A DNA stretch of 64,000 bases. It comes from Felis catus. Lineage: Eukaryota. The notes under the pieces were generated by a model that made no database searches, was not told the origin of the DNA, and saw only the letters and a list, made by a program, of their open reading frames with translations. A program made the position numbers and the translations under genes. Numbering within the stretch: the stretch's first letter is position 1; every line of letters starts with the position of its first letter. The stretch lies in contig NC_058368.1 of the NCBI RefSeq assembly GCF_018350175.1, positions 102,054,001 to 102,118,000 on the forward strand, read 5' to 3'. Shown here in pieces: positions 1-13,560 of the stretch.

Positions 1-849
1 ATTTTATAGTGGGAATGCAGAACCTCACATGTGTCCCTAAGCAGATGCACTAAGTAAACAAAATACAAATACATATAAATATTTTGGAAACTTGATAAAT
101 CTCTATTTATACAAGGAAACATTTGAATAATACCATTAATGTAATCAACTTTACAATGGTCAAATCTTTTGATCTCTTCCCTCCAAGTGAGTTAAATACC
201 TAGACCTACATTCAAATATATCCATATTTAGACAGGGTGGTTAGTTTCCATGCTACAGCCGTCTATATATTGTATGTCTATACACGTATATAAAGCACAC
301 CAGCCCTGCATATAATCTACCTCTGGGGAAGTCCTATTGATTATTTTTCTCAAATGTAAAGATCAGCTAGACAATTGAGAGGTTAAGAGTGAGCAGCTGG
401 TAATTTAGGAATGATTAACAGTATCTTCAGCTATAATTTCAAACTCTGAAAACTGCTAGGATCTAGGGAGCAGTTTTATTGGCCATTAAAATGTTCCTAA
501 GCTGCGGAATAACACAGAGTCTCTGAGCTGTTAGTGGTCAGCTTTATTTTAAGCAAATTTAAATATATTAATTTTTCCAACAAAGATTTAATTATGTATG
601 CTAATGCCAGTACAGTAATTCTGCAGCCTTGAATTATCGTAAGGTCATCAAAGCCTCAGGGGAAGGGTGGAATTCTGAAGGTGGCTACTTCCCACAACCT
701 GGAGGTACAACTTACTTTTCATAACAGACAAGGCCTGTCTCTTGCTAGACAAGCCACAGGGTGAATTCAAAAATTTCAGTTCAGTTCAGCAAGTATTCAC
801 TAGGTACCTTCTACAAAAGGAGTTAGAGTAACACACTGGTTCACCCAAC

Positions 850-990
850 GGGCCTCAGGAGCTAAATCCCTGGTCAACTCCTCGCTTTACCACTTTATAC
901 CTGGGTGACTGCCATTTGCTAAAGTTACTTCATAGCTCTGTGCCTTGGTTTCCGGACCTGTCAAATGAGGACAATACCCATCTCAAAGAA
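850..990 (+). mobile_element. MIR fragment
   Basis: Core-like ctgggtgact..aagttactt..ctctgtgccttggtttcc..ctgtcaaatgaggacaata. Confidence 0.6.
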
Positions 991-1043
991 CAAAATTAGT
1001 TTAAACAAACAAAAAAATGTGTGTTAAGTTCTTTAAAAGTCTT

Positions 1044-1252
1044 GATGCACCTGGGTGTGCCTCAGTCGGTTAAGCATCCGACTTTGGCTTAGGTCATGAT
1101 CTCGCAGTTGGTGAGTTTGAGCCCCACATCAGGCTCTGTGCTGACACCTCGGAGCCTGGAGCCTGCTTCGGATTCTGTGAATCCCTCTCTCTCTGCCCCT
1201 CCCCTGCTTGCACTCTGTCTCTGTCTCCCAAAAATAAATAAAACATTAAATA
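1044..1252 (+). mobile_element. Can-SINE (SINEC_Fc-type)
   Basis: gcacctgggt..ctcagtcggttaagcatccgac head, (CT)n, aaaataaata tail. Confidence 0.9.
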
Positions 1253-1286
1253 CATAAAGTTTTCATGCCAGAAGTGTTCAATTAAT

Positions 1287-1926
1287 TGTATGGGAGGTCT
1301 CCAGAAAAACAGAACTAAAATGATATATACATTATATATAAAATATAATATATATACCCCTATTATAAATTATACAAAAGATATAGTACATATATATCTA
1401 CATACATATCTACATTTACATGTATATACACATATATATATGTAACCTACACATTTATACATGTTAACATATATACATATTTTATAAATAATATGTAGTT
1501 TCCTATATGATAATTTATGATGAAGAATCAGCTCACAGTATAATGGAGGCTAAGTCTCATTATCTGCCCTCTGCAAGATGGAGACCCAGTAAGCCAGTCG
1601 TGTAATTCAGTACAAGTTCAAAGGCAGGAGAACCAGGGAAGCCAATGGTATAAATCCCAGGCTGAACGTACGAGAAGGTAAGATGTCAAGGAGGCAGGCA
1701 GGAAAAAAAGGGGCAAATTCCTCCTCCTTCTGCTTTTTGTTTTATGGAGGCTCTCAAGAGACTGAACGATGCCCACACACACTGGGGGGGGATAATCTAC
1801 TTTACAAACTCCATGGATTCAAATGCTAATCTCATCCAGAAACATCTTCACAGACACACCCAGAAATCGCGTTTAATCTGGGCATCCTGTGGCTAGCCAA
1901 CTTGATGTATAAAATTAACCATCACG
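1287..1926 (-). mobile_element. MLT2-type (ERVL) solo LTR with internal (TA)-rich low-complexity tract
   Basis: Ends aaaattaaccatcac (revcomp of MLT2 start tgtgatggttaatttt); begins tgta..tctccagaaaaacagaac. Confidence 0.8.
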
Positions 1927-2680
1927 TGAACGTCAGATGTTGTGTGCAAGGAACTGTGTTTGGTGCTAGGATACAGTGTGAATACAACACAACTCTCTCC
2001 CATGAAACAAGGCAGCTCTGCAAAATTTGGGCAGGCAGCCATCATGTTGCCCTTTTCCATAATCCCAACTGGGAGCGCTCTATTGTGGACAACTAAGAGG
2101 TAACAATGAGAGATGTTCATTGTATACTTCCTACACAGCTTATCTGCATAGTGATAGAGTCATTTAAAAATAGGGAGAGTTTGGTCTCAAGAAAGAGCGC
2201 ATTTGAATGAAAGCCTAAGGAGAAATAATTTCCCTTCTGTCCGTCCCACTAGGTCTCCAGGAAGAGACTCATTCCCCAGGCACTGCCTTTTCTGGTCTGT
2301 TGATACAATTGGTTTCCAAGTGTTGTTGATCCCTCACCAGAAAGTGGCTGGAAAACACTAATTCTTTTCTAGTTTCTTTCCACTGGAGATAAAATTTAAA
2401 TTTCTACATTGAAATTTACAGGACCAATACACAATTTCAGGCTACCATACTCTCTCATTTCAAAAAGGCTACTTTTAAGAAGCAGACAGCTTAGGTGAGT
2501 GGACTCTATCATTTCCAGAGGGCTAATGTAGATTTCAATATAGCCATGAGGAGTGGGGGCAGCTGGTGATGGCAGGTGAGGGTAGACGGGAACCATCTAG
2601 GATTACTTGAGAACTTCTAGAAACTCTGCTTTTTCCCTCCATCACTCAGTAAAGTTTCTTCCCTCGGTAAAAGAAATCCA

Positions 2681-3114
2681 GGGGCACCTGTGTGGCTCAG
2701 TCAATTAAGCATCCAACTTCAGCTCAGGTCATGATTTCATGGTTCATGAGTTCAAGTACCACATCAGGCTCTGGGCTGACAGCTCGGAGCCTGGAGCCTG
2801 CTTTGGATTCTGTGTCTCCCTCTCTCTCTCTGGCCCTCCTCCACTCATCGCTCGGTCTCGCTCGCTCTCAAAAATAAATATGGGGCGCCTGGGTGGCTCA
2901 GTCGGTTAAGCGTCGGACTTCAGCTCAGGTCATGATCTTGCAGTTTGTAAGTTCGAGCCCCGCGTCGGGCTCTGTGCTGACAGCTTGGAGCCTGGATCCT
3001 GCTTTGGAATCTGTGACTCCCCTTCTCTCTCTGTCCCCTCCCCAGCTCATGCTCTGTCTCTCTCAAAAAATAAATGTTAAAAAAAATTTTTTTTCATAAA
3101 CATTAAAAAAATTT
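2681..3114 (+). mobile_element. Can-SINE (2681-2880) with a second Can-SINE (2883-~3095) inserted in its A-rich tail
   Basis: Two heads in tandem; outer TSD agaaatcca before 2681 and at ~3121-3129; tail ataaacattaaaa resumes after inner copy. Confidence 0.9.
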
Positions 3115-3464
3115 AAAAACAGAAATCCAAATGTAGTTGGCTTGAGCAAACAAAAAGAACCTATTGTTTCTCATTAAAGCAAAAAACAAAAGCATCATGA
3201 TATAAATCGAATTTGTTAGAGGTATCCACACCAGAACTCAATAAATATCATTAGAGTTTCATCTTTGCATGTGATGGGCCTGATGCTCCCTATCAACCAA
3301 GAGTCCCATCCTGCCAGCTATGCAGCCAATGCAGGGAGACAGCATGAGCCCTTCATCACCTGCAACCTGTCTGTCCTACTGGGCCACATGCCTTATCCTC
3401 TGAGTACAGAAGGCAGGGATACGGGTCATCTGTCCACATTGAGGGCAACACTGGGGTGTACGAG

Positions 3465-3690
3465 GTAAGAGCACAAGCCTGGAGACACAGGACCCGGGTT
3501 TGGATGTCGGTCCCCCCCATTGCTAATGTGACATCAGGTGAAGTGTTCAGCCAATCTGTGCCTTCGTTTCCTCATCCCAAGAATGGAGACAATAAATTAT
3601 ACCTATCTCATCTTTTTGTTGGAGTCACCGAGTTCATACAGGTAAGGCATTTAGAACAGTACCAGCTCCCTAGTAACTACTAGCTCAGCC
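3465..3690 (+). mobile_element. MIR
   Basis: gacccgggtttggat..tgtgac..tctgtgccttcgtttcctcatc..atacctatctca..aggcatttagaacagt. Confidence 0.75.
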
Positions 3691-5959
3691 AACATCAGCA
3701 GGGCAGCCTACTAGAAGGAAGAGAAGGACAAGGAAGTAGAGGAATCGGCAACTGAGAGCCCCACCAGGAGCAGACAGAGGAGAGGAAGGACGGTCTGAAA
3801 AAGGAATCGGTTACTGGCAAAACGAACCAACAAAAAATCCCCCCCAAGCTAGCAGGTGTCTGTCCCTGCCCCCCCCTCATCAAGCTCTAGCCTCTGCTTT
3901 GTTCCCTAATAGACTCCCACATAATTTGGGTGCTGGAAAGAGAACATGTGTTGTGAGTAAATCTCTGTGAATGTCCTGCTTGGTGACATAAATATGAACG
4001 CGTTGCTTCTTCTATGCTTTTAAAAAGAAAGTACTCTGATATGGCAAAGGTACGGTTCAAGGCCCCGCCAAGCATTTTTCCACTTGTAAATTTTGTGGCT
4101 AGGTGTCTGACTACAGCAATAACGCTACATTTGAGTGTGTCATAGGGTGTGGGGGCGGGGGGAGGGGGGGGACAAGCCTACGTCAAACAGACCTTTTGAA
4201 AAATAAGGTTACTCCCTAAAACTTCTTTCCTGCAGAAAATGGATCGCTCACGCGTTTGCAGGCAGGCAGCACGGAGGTGGAAGAGGCAAGGAAACGGGAA
4301 AGGAAGGGAGGCAGCAAAATAAACCCACTCCGGTGTGGAGCCCTGGAAAGGGCACTCCCCAAGACTTCCTGTTTGGCACAAAGTGCCGGCAGAGGCGGCA
4401 TGCGGGGCTGTGGGTGTACTCAGCTGTGCAGCGCTGATTACAGAAGATGAAAGGGCTTGGCAATTTATTTCATCTCACGCTGAAGCACTGCTGACAACCG
4501 AAAGTGAGGACAGAAGGATTCATTTGTTCAACTTCTGTTTTAAAAAGCAGACTTCAAATAATACCGCAGAGAAAAAGGAGGAAGCGCCAAAGTGTAATAA
4601 AAAGCCTATTTTTTTTTTTTTTAAATACGCTAGCTGCAGCATTTGTATTTTGTATCTGGGTGTGGAAGGCAAAGGGATTGGCTTTTCGCGATTGTGATCA
4701 ATTCCAGAGACCGCGATGTCGGCACGCAGGATCAATTACTCATCAGGTACACCAACCTCACCTCATCTTACCAAAGCGCACACATGCCTTCAACCCTGAG
4801 TCCAAAGATCAGTTTGGGTGAAAACAAATCCAACCCTACAGTGTTTAAAAACTTCTCAGGACACAGAAAATGGGAAAGATTTCATGCAGGATCTTAACGC
4901 TAAAAGGGCGTAAGTATACACTCCGTGACAGAGAATATATTTTAAATTTCATGATCCCGGCCCTTTAAAATTTGAGTTCGCAAATTTAGATTTCCTACAT
5001 GTATCTCTATTACTGACTGCGTTTCAAGTTTTGGAACAAAATGTTCTACTTCCTTTTAAATAAAATGTGGTATTATTTTTCATTAACATATTTAGTGTTG
5101 GAGAATGAGGAATATTTTTCATTTCAAAGACTCACATAAATTATTTTGAAATCCAATGTACCTAGCAAAGTGGTCTTATCCCAAAAGATTTAGAAAGATG
5201 GGTAATATCACATATTGGTAGCACATTAGCTATTAATGATTAAACACAAATACACACCCAAATATTAATGACAAAGATAAAGAAATACATTCTTCCCATA
5301 ATCATTAATATTAAACTCAAGTATCAGTAACAGGAGCACATCACTCTTAAGTAATTTGTTTCTTAAGCAATTCACTTAAATCATTGATTCTTTTCTTTGC
5401 AATGTATATTTTCACTGCGTATTCAATGTAGGTTTTGTTTTTTGGTTTTTGGTTTTTTTGCAAGCAATCAGCACCGCGATAGAAATGGAAAAGATTACAG
5501 CCGAGGAAAATTCACTAGCTCCCTTAGCCTCCTGAAAGCAGAAACTCAAGAGTTTGTTTTTCAGCAAGTATTTCTGGAGCACCTGCTGTGGGCCAGGCAC
5601 TGTTTTAGGGACTAAGAATAACATCACTTAGCAAGAGCGCTGCCTGTTCTGCAGGGCCACGGTAGGGAGCTGTGTTGATTTATCTGACCCTCCTCTGGGG
5701 GGCACTATTCACATAAACCGCAGTGCAAAAGAGCCCTCCCCCTGGATTTGTGAACTAGAACGCACAACCTTGCTTCTAGTTCAATAGAGGGAGACAGAAA
5801 ATGGACAAGTAAGTAACAGACAAATCAGGTAAGAATTAGGAGTTTGATAAACATAAAGATACAGGTAATAATACTGGGAATGTTATAAAGAGTGACTGGA
5901 AATACAAACAGGGGCCGCATCACATGGACATTTCAGAGAAGGTGGGGGGCGGGGCGGGA

Positions 5960-6455
5960 AAGAAGATCCTGCTATTTGCAACAACACGGAAGGACCTGGA
6001 AGACATTATGCTAAGTGAAAGAAGCCAGACACAGAAAGGCAAATACTACATCATCTCACTTGTATGTGAAATCTGACCAAGTCAAACTCCTAAAAGCGTA
6101 GAGTGGCATGGTGGTTGCCAGGGCCTGAGAGGTGGGGGACACGGGGAGTGACTGGTCAGAGTAGAATCTTTCAGTTACGGAGGGTAAGTGCTGTGGACCT
6201 AACGTACAGCATGGTGACAACAGCTAACAATATTCTACTGTATCCTTGAAATTTGCTAAGAGAGTAGATCATCAGTGTTTTCACCACACACACACAAAAT
6301 GGTACCTACGTACGGTGACGGTTATATTAAATTACTTCGATTGTGGTGCTCATTTCCACAATGTATATCTATTTCCAAACATCGCACTGTACACCTTAAA
6401 ATTGGTATGTGTTTTTCAATTATACTTATATAAAGTGGAGGAAAAAATAAAAAGA
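5960..6455 (+). mobile_element. L1 3' end (L1MA/L1_Carn-like)
   Basis: atcctgctatttgcaacaaca..gacattatgctaagtgaaa.aagccagacacagaaaggcaaatac; A-rich end. Confidence 0.85.
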
Positions 6456-7855
6456 AGAAACATTTAAGCTGAGATTCTCTGCAAAGAAAGATCCAGCCCT
6501 GTGGATAGGTTATCTGAGGAAGAATGTCCTAGGTACGGGATCACAAGAATGAGTCTGTCAGTCCCTGGGGTCAGAGAGAATATCTGAGCAGCCAGACTGG
6601 TGAGCAACGGGAGGCAGAAGCAAAGTCAAGGAACAGAAAGGCCATTCTTCAGAGGAGCTCATAGGCTAAGGAGTTTGAACTATGGAGAGTTCCCTCCATT
6701 CAAGACAGTGATGCTGGAGATCCCAGAACCATGAGACTGTCTCAACACATGGGGGTGGGGGTGCCCTCGTCCCATCGTGGATGATTCAGAGTGTCAGATG
6801 ATGGAATTTTGAACTAAGAAGAGCAGGTATGTTGATAAATTATCACTCAATGGGGATTATTGTACTGAAGTTCTAGTGGTAAAGTAATGACCCAAACCCT
6901 ACAAGAAGCGAAACTCAAGCCAGGGGTGCTCTAGATCTGTCTGGCTGAGTAATTATTTTTCAAATACACTTGGACACTCAACTGTACATTTTTTGCTCTG
7001 TTGTAATGAATGGTATTTAAATGAAACGGAAGACTGAGCAGCATACTGTGAAAAGGGTCTGTTACAAGAGCTGGTCCACGCACCAGCAGGTTCTGATAAA
7101 GCCAACGGCCTTTGCTTAAGTTACATATAGCTTAACATTGAACCTAATATTGAGTGATATTAAATATTGTGTATATTCAGTAATATTCCAATACTGAATG
7201 CAACTTAATTATCTACAGCCTAACATAGAATCATGTACACCAAACCATATACAAAATATAATTACTTTGCTACTTAAGCTAGAATTTATTATTAGAAAGA
7301 CCAAAGGTTTTGGGAGAAGGTAAAGCACATAAAGTCTACTTACTCTAAAATAAAGGTGTTAATAAAAGTCTGAATGAAAAAAAGGAATGTCCAAACTTCA
7401 ATCGCCATTTAATAAAAATATGTATTTAATTGCAATTATTTGACTTGCAAGTTAGTCTGAATGTCTCATCATTTAATGAAATTTAAGTCTTCCTGATGTA
7501 AGGGATGCATGATGCTCTATCACATTTTACTGACAAAGAAAAACGTTCCAAAAATGACACTTTAACCTTTGCAACTCCATTCTAATATATAATATATTGG
7601 GCATTATCATACATATACTCAGTTTAAGGCAAAGATTTCATCTCCATAGAGACAGTGTGGGAGGAGTAATGATTAGAGTGTTTTGATAAAGGCTGCCATA
7701 AAGTACACTTTTCTTAAGTTTGCCTTTGCAAAAGAGTAAAATCACAGAAAAATGCTTTAAGAATATGTCCAGAGACAGTACTTCCGGATAACCAGAAACA
7801 TGAAAAATAAACCACTGACTCAAGCGCACAAGAATATCAAGAGATGAGGGTGACA

Positions 7856-8091
7856 GGGGCGCCTGGGTGGCGCAGTCGGTTAAGCGTCCGACTTCAGCCA
7901 GGTCACGATCTCGCGGTCTGTGAGTTCGAGCCCCGCGTCGGGCTCTGGGCTGATGGCTCAGAGCCTGGAGCCTGTTTCCGATTCTGTGTCTCCCTCTCTC
8001 TCTGCCCCTCGCCCGTTCATGCTCTGTCTCTCTCTGTCCCAAAAATAAATAAACGTTGAAAAAAAAAATTTTTTTTTTTAAAAATAAAAAA
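7856..8091 (+). mobile_element. Young Can-SINE (SINEC_Fc1-like)
   Basis: Near-consensus, CpGs intact; perfect 17-bp TSD aagagatgagggtgaca 7839-7855 and 8092-8108. Confidence 0.97.
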
Positions 8092-8460
8092 AAGAGATGA
8101 GGGTGACAATTCAGTCACCCTTCCCCGCTTTATTTTTCCCTTCCCTGCCTTTTTCCTTTTCCTGTCATACAAATTACACACGGTGAAGCGCATGTATCTT
8201 AAGAACAGTCGAACAGGTTCTGATAAACGTGTACACCCTAAAAACAGCACCCACACCCCAGAAACTTGCTTCAAGGCCCTTCCCAATTAATGTCCTCATC
8301 CTCCTGCTAGAGGCAATCACTCTTACATCACTGTAGCTTAATTTTATCAGTTTCAGCAAATTCATTCAAGAGAATTCTATTACTTAGCGATAAAAAAGAA
8401 CTGCTGATAGACAACAACACGGATCAAGCTCCAAAAATTTCTAAGAAGAAAAAGCAAACA

Positions 8461-8678
8461 GGGGCATCTGGGTGGCTCAGTCGGTTGAGCGTCCGACTAA
8501 GGCTCAGGTCATGATCTGGCAGTTCGTGAGTTCGAGCCCCGCGTCGGGCTCTGGGCTGACAGCTCAGAGCCCAGAGTCTGCTTCAGATTCTGTGTCCCCC
8601 TCTCTCTCCACCCCTCCCCTGCTTGTGCTCTCTGTCTTTCAAAAATGAGTAAACATAAAAAAAATTTTTTTTGTAAAT
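8461..8678 (+). mobile_element. Can-SINE
   Basis: Head ggggcatctgggtggctcag; TSD aaaaagcaaaca both sides. Confidence 0.93.
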
Positions 8679-8914
8679 AAAAAGCAAACAGAGAAAGAAG
8701 TAAATACAATGTTATTTATGTGAAACTCTAGAAATGCCAACTCTCTTCATGACAGATCGCTGGTTGTCTGGAACAAGGGGAGGGATCAGCAGGAGGAATT
8801 AAACGTGGGCAGAAGTCAATTGAGGGGTGAGGGTATATTCACGTGCCAAAACTCACTGAAATGTACACTGAAAGTATGTTTACTTGTCTTGTTCAACTAT
8901 ATCTCAATAAAATT

Positions 8915-9236
8915 TATTTTTTTTCAACTTTTTTTTTTTTTTTTTTTTTTTTTGGGACAGAGAGAGACAGAGCATGAACGGGGGAGGGACAGAGAGAGAG
9001 GGAGACACAGAATCGGAAACAGGCTCCAGGCTCCGAGCCATCAGCCCAGAGCCCGACGCGGGGCTCGAACTCACAGACCGCGAGATCGTGACCTGGCTGA
9101 AGTCGGACGCTTAACCGACTGCGCCACCCAGGCGCCCCTTTTTTTTTTTTCCAACGGTTTTTTTTTTGTTTTTTAATTTATTTTTGGGACAGAGAGAGAC
9201 AGAGCATGAACGGGGGAGGGACAGAGAGAGAGGGAG
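8915..9236 (-). mobile_element. Young full-length Can-SINE (8915-9138) abutting a 5'-truncated Can-SINE (9139-9236)
   Basis: Full copy ends cccaggcgcccc at 9138; second copy has only tail plus 3' ~50 nt; taaaattta flanks the pair. Confidence 0.9.
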
Positions 9237-10149
9237 TAAAATTTAAAACGCACCGTCAAATGGTCAGTTTGCAAAGAAAAGTTCACCTTGCAAGTCATAC
9301 TGAGCTTCGAGGTTCAATAAGCAACGGAGCATTCCTAATTTATTTGGAAAATGTTTCAACATTTTTTTTCTCCAAATATTTTTCTCTAATGCAAAGCCCG
9401 CCCCCCTCTATGATTCCAGTTCCCCATAAGTGTGATTTCTTGATATTGTCCTATAATAAACAGGTCAATGAGTCTTCTTCTTTTTTATTATTATTATTTT
9501 CACTCTGGGCTTTGGTTTGGCTTATTTATATGGACTTATCTGCAAGTTCACTGATCTCTTCTCATTTTCCAATCTGTTGTTGCAAACTCCAGTGAATTTC
9601 TCATCTCAATTCTCAAATTTCCATTTGACCCTTTTGTAGTTCTCATTTCTCTCCTCTGGACCCCAATGTGTTTGAAGATTATACCCATCTTTACCTTCAA
9701 TTTTTGAAAATATCTGTAATATTTTATTAAATCCATTGGGCTAGAAGGCTCAGGCTACATCTTCTTTTGGTTCAAATTCTAAGACATTTGTGAATGTGTG
9801 ACATCTTAATCTCAGTAGGTGACTGATTTAATGTTTTAGGTATTTTGATATAAACTCGAAGCATAAATACTGTACTCTTTAAACCTACACCCTCTCCGTC
9901 CCATTTATCCAGTAGTTTGGACACGTAACTAGGAGATGTGCATTGGAACTCAAGTTAGGAGTTTTGGGAAAACCACCATTACTGGAAGAAAAAATTCATA
10001 GATCTACCGAATTCTGCAATGGTTTCAACATGTTCACTTATATATTACTAAGTGACCCACTAAACTGACCTAAAGTCCAGCTCTACCTTTGGAATTATTA
10101 TTCCCCCTCCACCTCCCCTTTTTTTTAAACAAGTGATAGGTACCTATTA

Positions 10150-11280
10150 TCTTGTTATAAACAAATAAATTAATGTCTCAGTCCAGATTCATTTTTAAGT
10201 GATGCTGTACCTGTACACCTCCATGTAACTACCACCCACATTAACATTTGGAACATTTTCATCACCCCCCAATGTCCCTCATCCTTAGTCTGCTTTCCCC
10301 TAGAGACAACCAGTTTCCAAGTTCTACTAACAGGAAATAGATGGGCCAAATCTTGGAACTCGTGAAAATGAAGCCACATATAAAATACTCTCGTGCATCC
10401 AGACACATTTACAGAAGTAATATTGTTGAGATTTAGCTGTACTGTGTCAGCAATCAAAAGAATATTCCTTTTTGTTCAGTAATATTCCATTATATAAATA
10501 TACTGTAATTTCTTAATCCCTGTTTGTACTGATTCTCCTTTGGACTGTTTTCATATTTTGCCTACTATAAATAAAGTTTGCTATGAACATCGTATACATG
10601 TTCCTAGGGACACATATTTCCTTTCTCTTGGCTTAATACCTAGAAATGGAATTGCTGTGTCATACGACAGGTTTTCATTTCACATTATCAACAGCTTACT
10701 TACACTTAGTATTTTTGAGGCACATTTTTTCCCACTCTTAAATTCACCTTGTGTTTTTAGATATTACAGATGTATCTTGTATACAACATGCAAATGGGCC
10801 TACTTTTTATCTACTCTTATAATTTCTTTCTAATGAAGTGCTTAATCCATTTATATCTAAAATCAGTACGGCTTTGTTCAGATCACTTTAATTCTACTAT
10901 CTTGCTATTTGTTTTCTATTTATAGCATCTGTTATTTGCTCCAACATTCATTTCTTGAAATTATCTTTTGAGCTTATAAAGTATTTTCTACTATACAATT
11001 GTATCTTCTTTCTGATTTTTAGCAATATTTCTTGGTGTGTGTGTGTGTCTGTGTTTTAGTGTTTCACCTGAAGATTGCAATATGCAATCTTTACTTATCA
11101 CAGTCTCAATTCAAGTATTATACTACATAAATAACCATATAATGGTATAATTCATTTAATCCCCACTCAATTCCTTGTATTGAACTCATATATTTTAGTT
11201 CAACATATTCTATAGACCCCACAATCCATTATTATTATTTTTGCTTCAAACAGTCAATGGTCTTTTAAAGAACTTCAGCA
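10150..11280 (-). mobile_element. Old L1M fragments
   Basis: 3'-end hallmarks (taatattccattatata..atacctagaaatggaattgctg) and T-rich L1-like sequence. Confidence 0.65.
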
Positions 11281-11646
11281 ATCTCATGAGTCTAGAAGAC
11301 TAAAACAGGAGTTCAGGGACCAAGGCTGCAAGGGCGTAAAACACAAAGATTTTAGATAAAAAATTCAAAGAACTCAGCTCAACAGTCTGATCTTCCTTGC
11401 CCTTTAAGTCATTTGCTAATGTTAGACAAGAAGGCCAAGAAGTAAAAAAAGTAGAGAAGAAAGTAACTGCTATGAGTCTGAGAAATTGGGCAGGGCTTTT
11501 ATCAGTTTAAGGGTTCTGGGGACACAATAAATGGCATGAAAGGATCACCAATAGGTAAGGTTCTGATAAAAACCCCAAGTATTCAATTGAACCCCAGAAG
11601 GGCTACACTCTAAGAGTGAGGTTAAACTAGACATAGTTCATCCTCA

Positions 11647-12640
11647 CGTTCAACATCACTACTCATCAGGGAAATACCAATTAAAACCACAAGAAGATAC
11701 CACTTTACACCTTTTTACAATGACCATCATCAAGAAGACAAAATATAACAAAAGCTGGAAGGGATGTGGAGAAAAGGAAACCCTTTATACACTGATGGTG
11801 GGAATGTAAATTTGTGCAGCCACTATGGAAAACTATATAGAGGATATTCAAAAGGTTAGTAAGAACCACCCTTGGTCTAGAAATTACACTTTTGGAAATA
11901 TGTCCAAAGGAAATGAAACACTAACTCAAAAAGATATCTTCACCCTCATGTTCATAGCAGCATTATTTACAACAGCCAAGACAGTGAAACAGCCTGAATG
12001 TCCATTGATGGATGGATGGATAAGTTGTGATAGGCACACACACACACACACACACACAGATTATTAACCCCCACACAAAAAAGAGAAATCCTACCATTTA
12101 TGACAACATGGATAGATCCTGAAGTCAATAGACTAAGTTAAGTAAGTCAGACAGAAAAAGGCAAATACCGTATACGATCTTACTTATATAGAATCTTTAA
12201 AAAAAGCAAAAGAAAACTAACACAGAAAAACAGATCAGACTTGGCGTTACCAAAGATGGAGGGCAGGGGGGACTGACTGGAAGGTGGGAAGGTGATCAAA
12301 GGTACAAACTTCCAGTTATCAGACAAACAAGTACAATGGATGTAACATAAACATGATCACTGTAGCTAATACTATTGTATGCATGTAGGAAAGCTCTGAA
12401 AAGAAAATCTTAACAGCTCCTATCACAAGGAACTCTCTTTTCCTTTTATTGTATTTATAGGAGAAGATGAATATTAGCTGAACCTATTGTGCTAATCATT
12501 TCATAATATATGTAAATCAAACCATCAGCTGTATGCCTTAAATTCATGCGGCGATGTAGGTCAATTATTTCTCAATAAAGCTGGGGGGTGGGCGGGGGGA
12601 GGAGGAAATACTAAAAAAAAAAAAAGAAAAAGGAAAAAAG
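11647..12640 (+). mobile_element. L1 ORF2 C-terminal region plus 3'UTR (L1MA/L1MB-like)
   Basis: tcaacatcactactcatcagggaaat..aaaaccaca..gataccact; peptide KDIFTLMFIAALFTTAK; aataaa and A tail. Confidence 0.88.
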
Positions 12641-12644
12641 AAAT

Positions 12645-13057
12645 CGACCAGCCTTACAAAGAATGAAACCCAGCTGTGAATCGGCTCAATCTGTTTGGAT
12701 TAAAGTAATCCATGCCTACTCTAATTGCCTGCCAGAAGCTAAAGAAATCCTCTCTGGAGAAAGGTAACTTTTTTTTTTTTTCCAGGAACCTCTATTATTT
12801 TTAAACTTAATTTCCATAATTCAATAAAAAAGTTCTCAGGTATACAAAATAAAAGCTCAGGGAAAAAAAAACAAAACAAAAAGGAAACTGATGCACAGGT
12901 GATCCAGCTACTGGTTTTCAGAAACAGATTTTAACTGTGATTAATGGATCACAAGGGATAACAAGATGGAACAATGAACCAGAAAACCGGAAATTTCTAT
13001 CAAAAGCATCAAATGGAAATTCTCAACCTCAGACTAAAAAACAACACTATCGGAAGT
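12645..13057 (+). mobile_element. Old L1 5' region/ORF1 fragment (continues at ~19470)
   Basis: Encodes QKHQMEILNL..KNNTI, resembling L1 ORF1p KNQMEILELKNTI. Confidence 0.6.
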
Positions 13058-13117
13058 CAGGAATGCAAGAGAGGTCACTTCACACTGGCCACAAGGGATC
13101 AAAGTAAAACTACTCAC

Positions 13118-13560
13118 CGCAGGGGGTTGCGGTGCATTCTGCGGGGAGCTGCTGGCGGTGAAGGTGAGGAGCGGCCCCAGGGGGCTGCAGGGTCCGGGTG
13201 CACTAGGTTCGCCGCCCGCCCGCCCCGCCGCCGCCGCCACAAGTCCGGCTGTACCAAAGTCCCGGTGGCCTCTGGACTCCACCCGATGGCACCATGCGCT
13301 GGCGGGCGGAGGGGCCCAGCTCACGGACGCTCATCCTGCTGGACTCCCAAGGGGACAAACTACTGGGCTGCATACTCAAGCCCAAGTTCACGGACTTCAC
13401 CCTCCCCAGCCAGGAGCAAAGAGGTTCCAAGGGCCTGGAGGAGGCTGTGCGCGGGCGGGCAACCCCGACAGCAGCTTGGGAAGCACCGACGGCATCCTGC
13501 GTCACGGGTCCGTGGATAACAGCGTAGCCAAACCTCGCCAGTTGTTCACCGAGTTGAACT
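13118..13560. promoter_or_regulatory. CpG-rich, GC-rich segment (retrocopied UPF1 5'UTR and first coding region)
   Basis: Dense CpG, e.g. cgccgcccgcccgccccgccgccgccgcc near 13210-13238, against AT-rich L1 flank; promoter activity not shown. Confidence 0.5.

Noticed and set aside
4222..4325. Splice acceptor followed by aaaATGG
   Set aside because: Frame closes after about 27 codons with no recognisable product.
7856..7940. tRNA genes
   Set aside because: A/B-box tRNA-like heads all belong to Can-SINEs.
7638..9176. ORFs such as GQRETEHERGRGRERGRHRIGNRLQA and MAQSVKRPTSAQV (recurring throughout the window)
   Set aside because: Translations of Can-SINE sequence.
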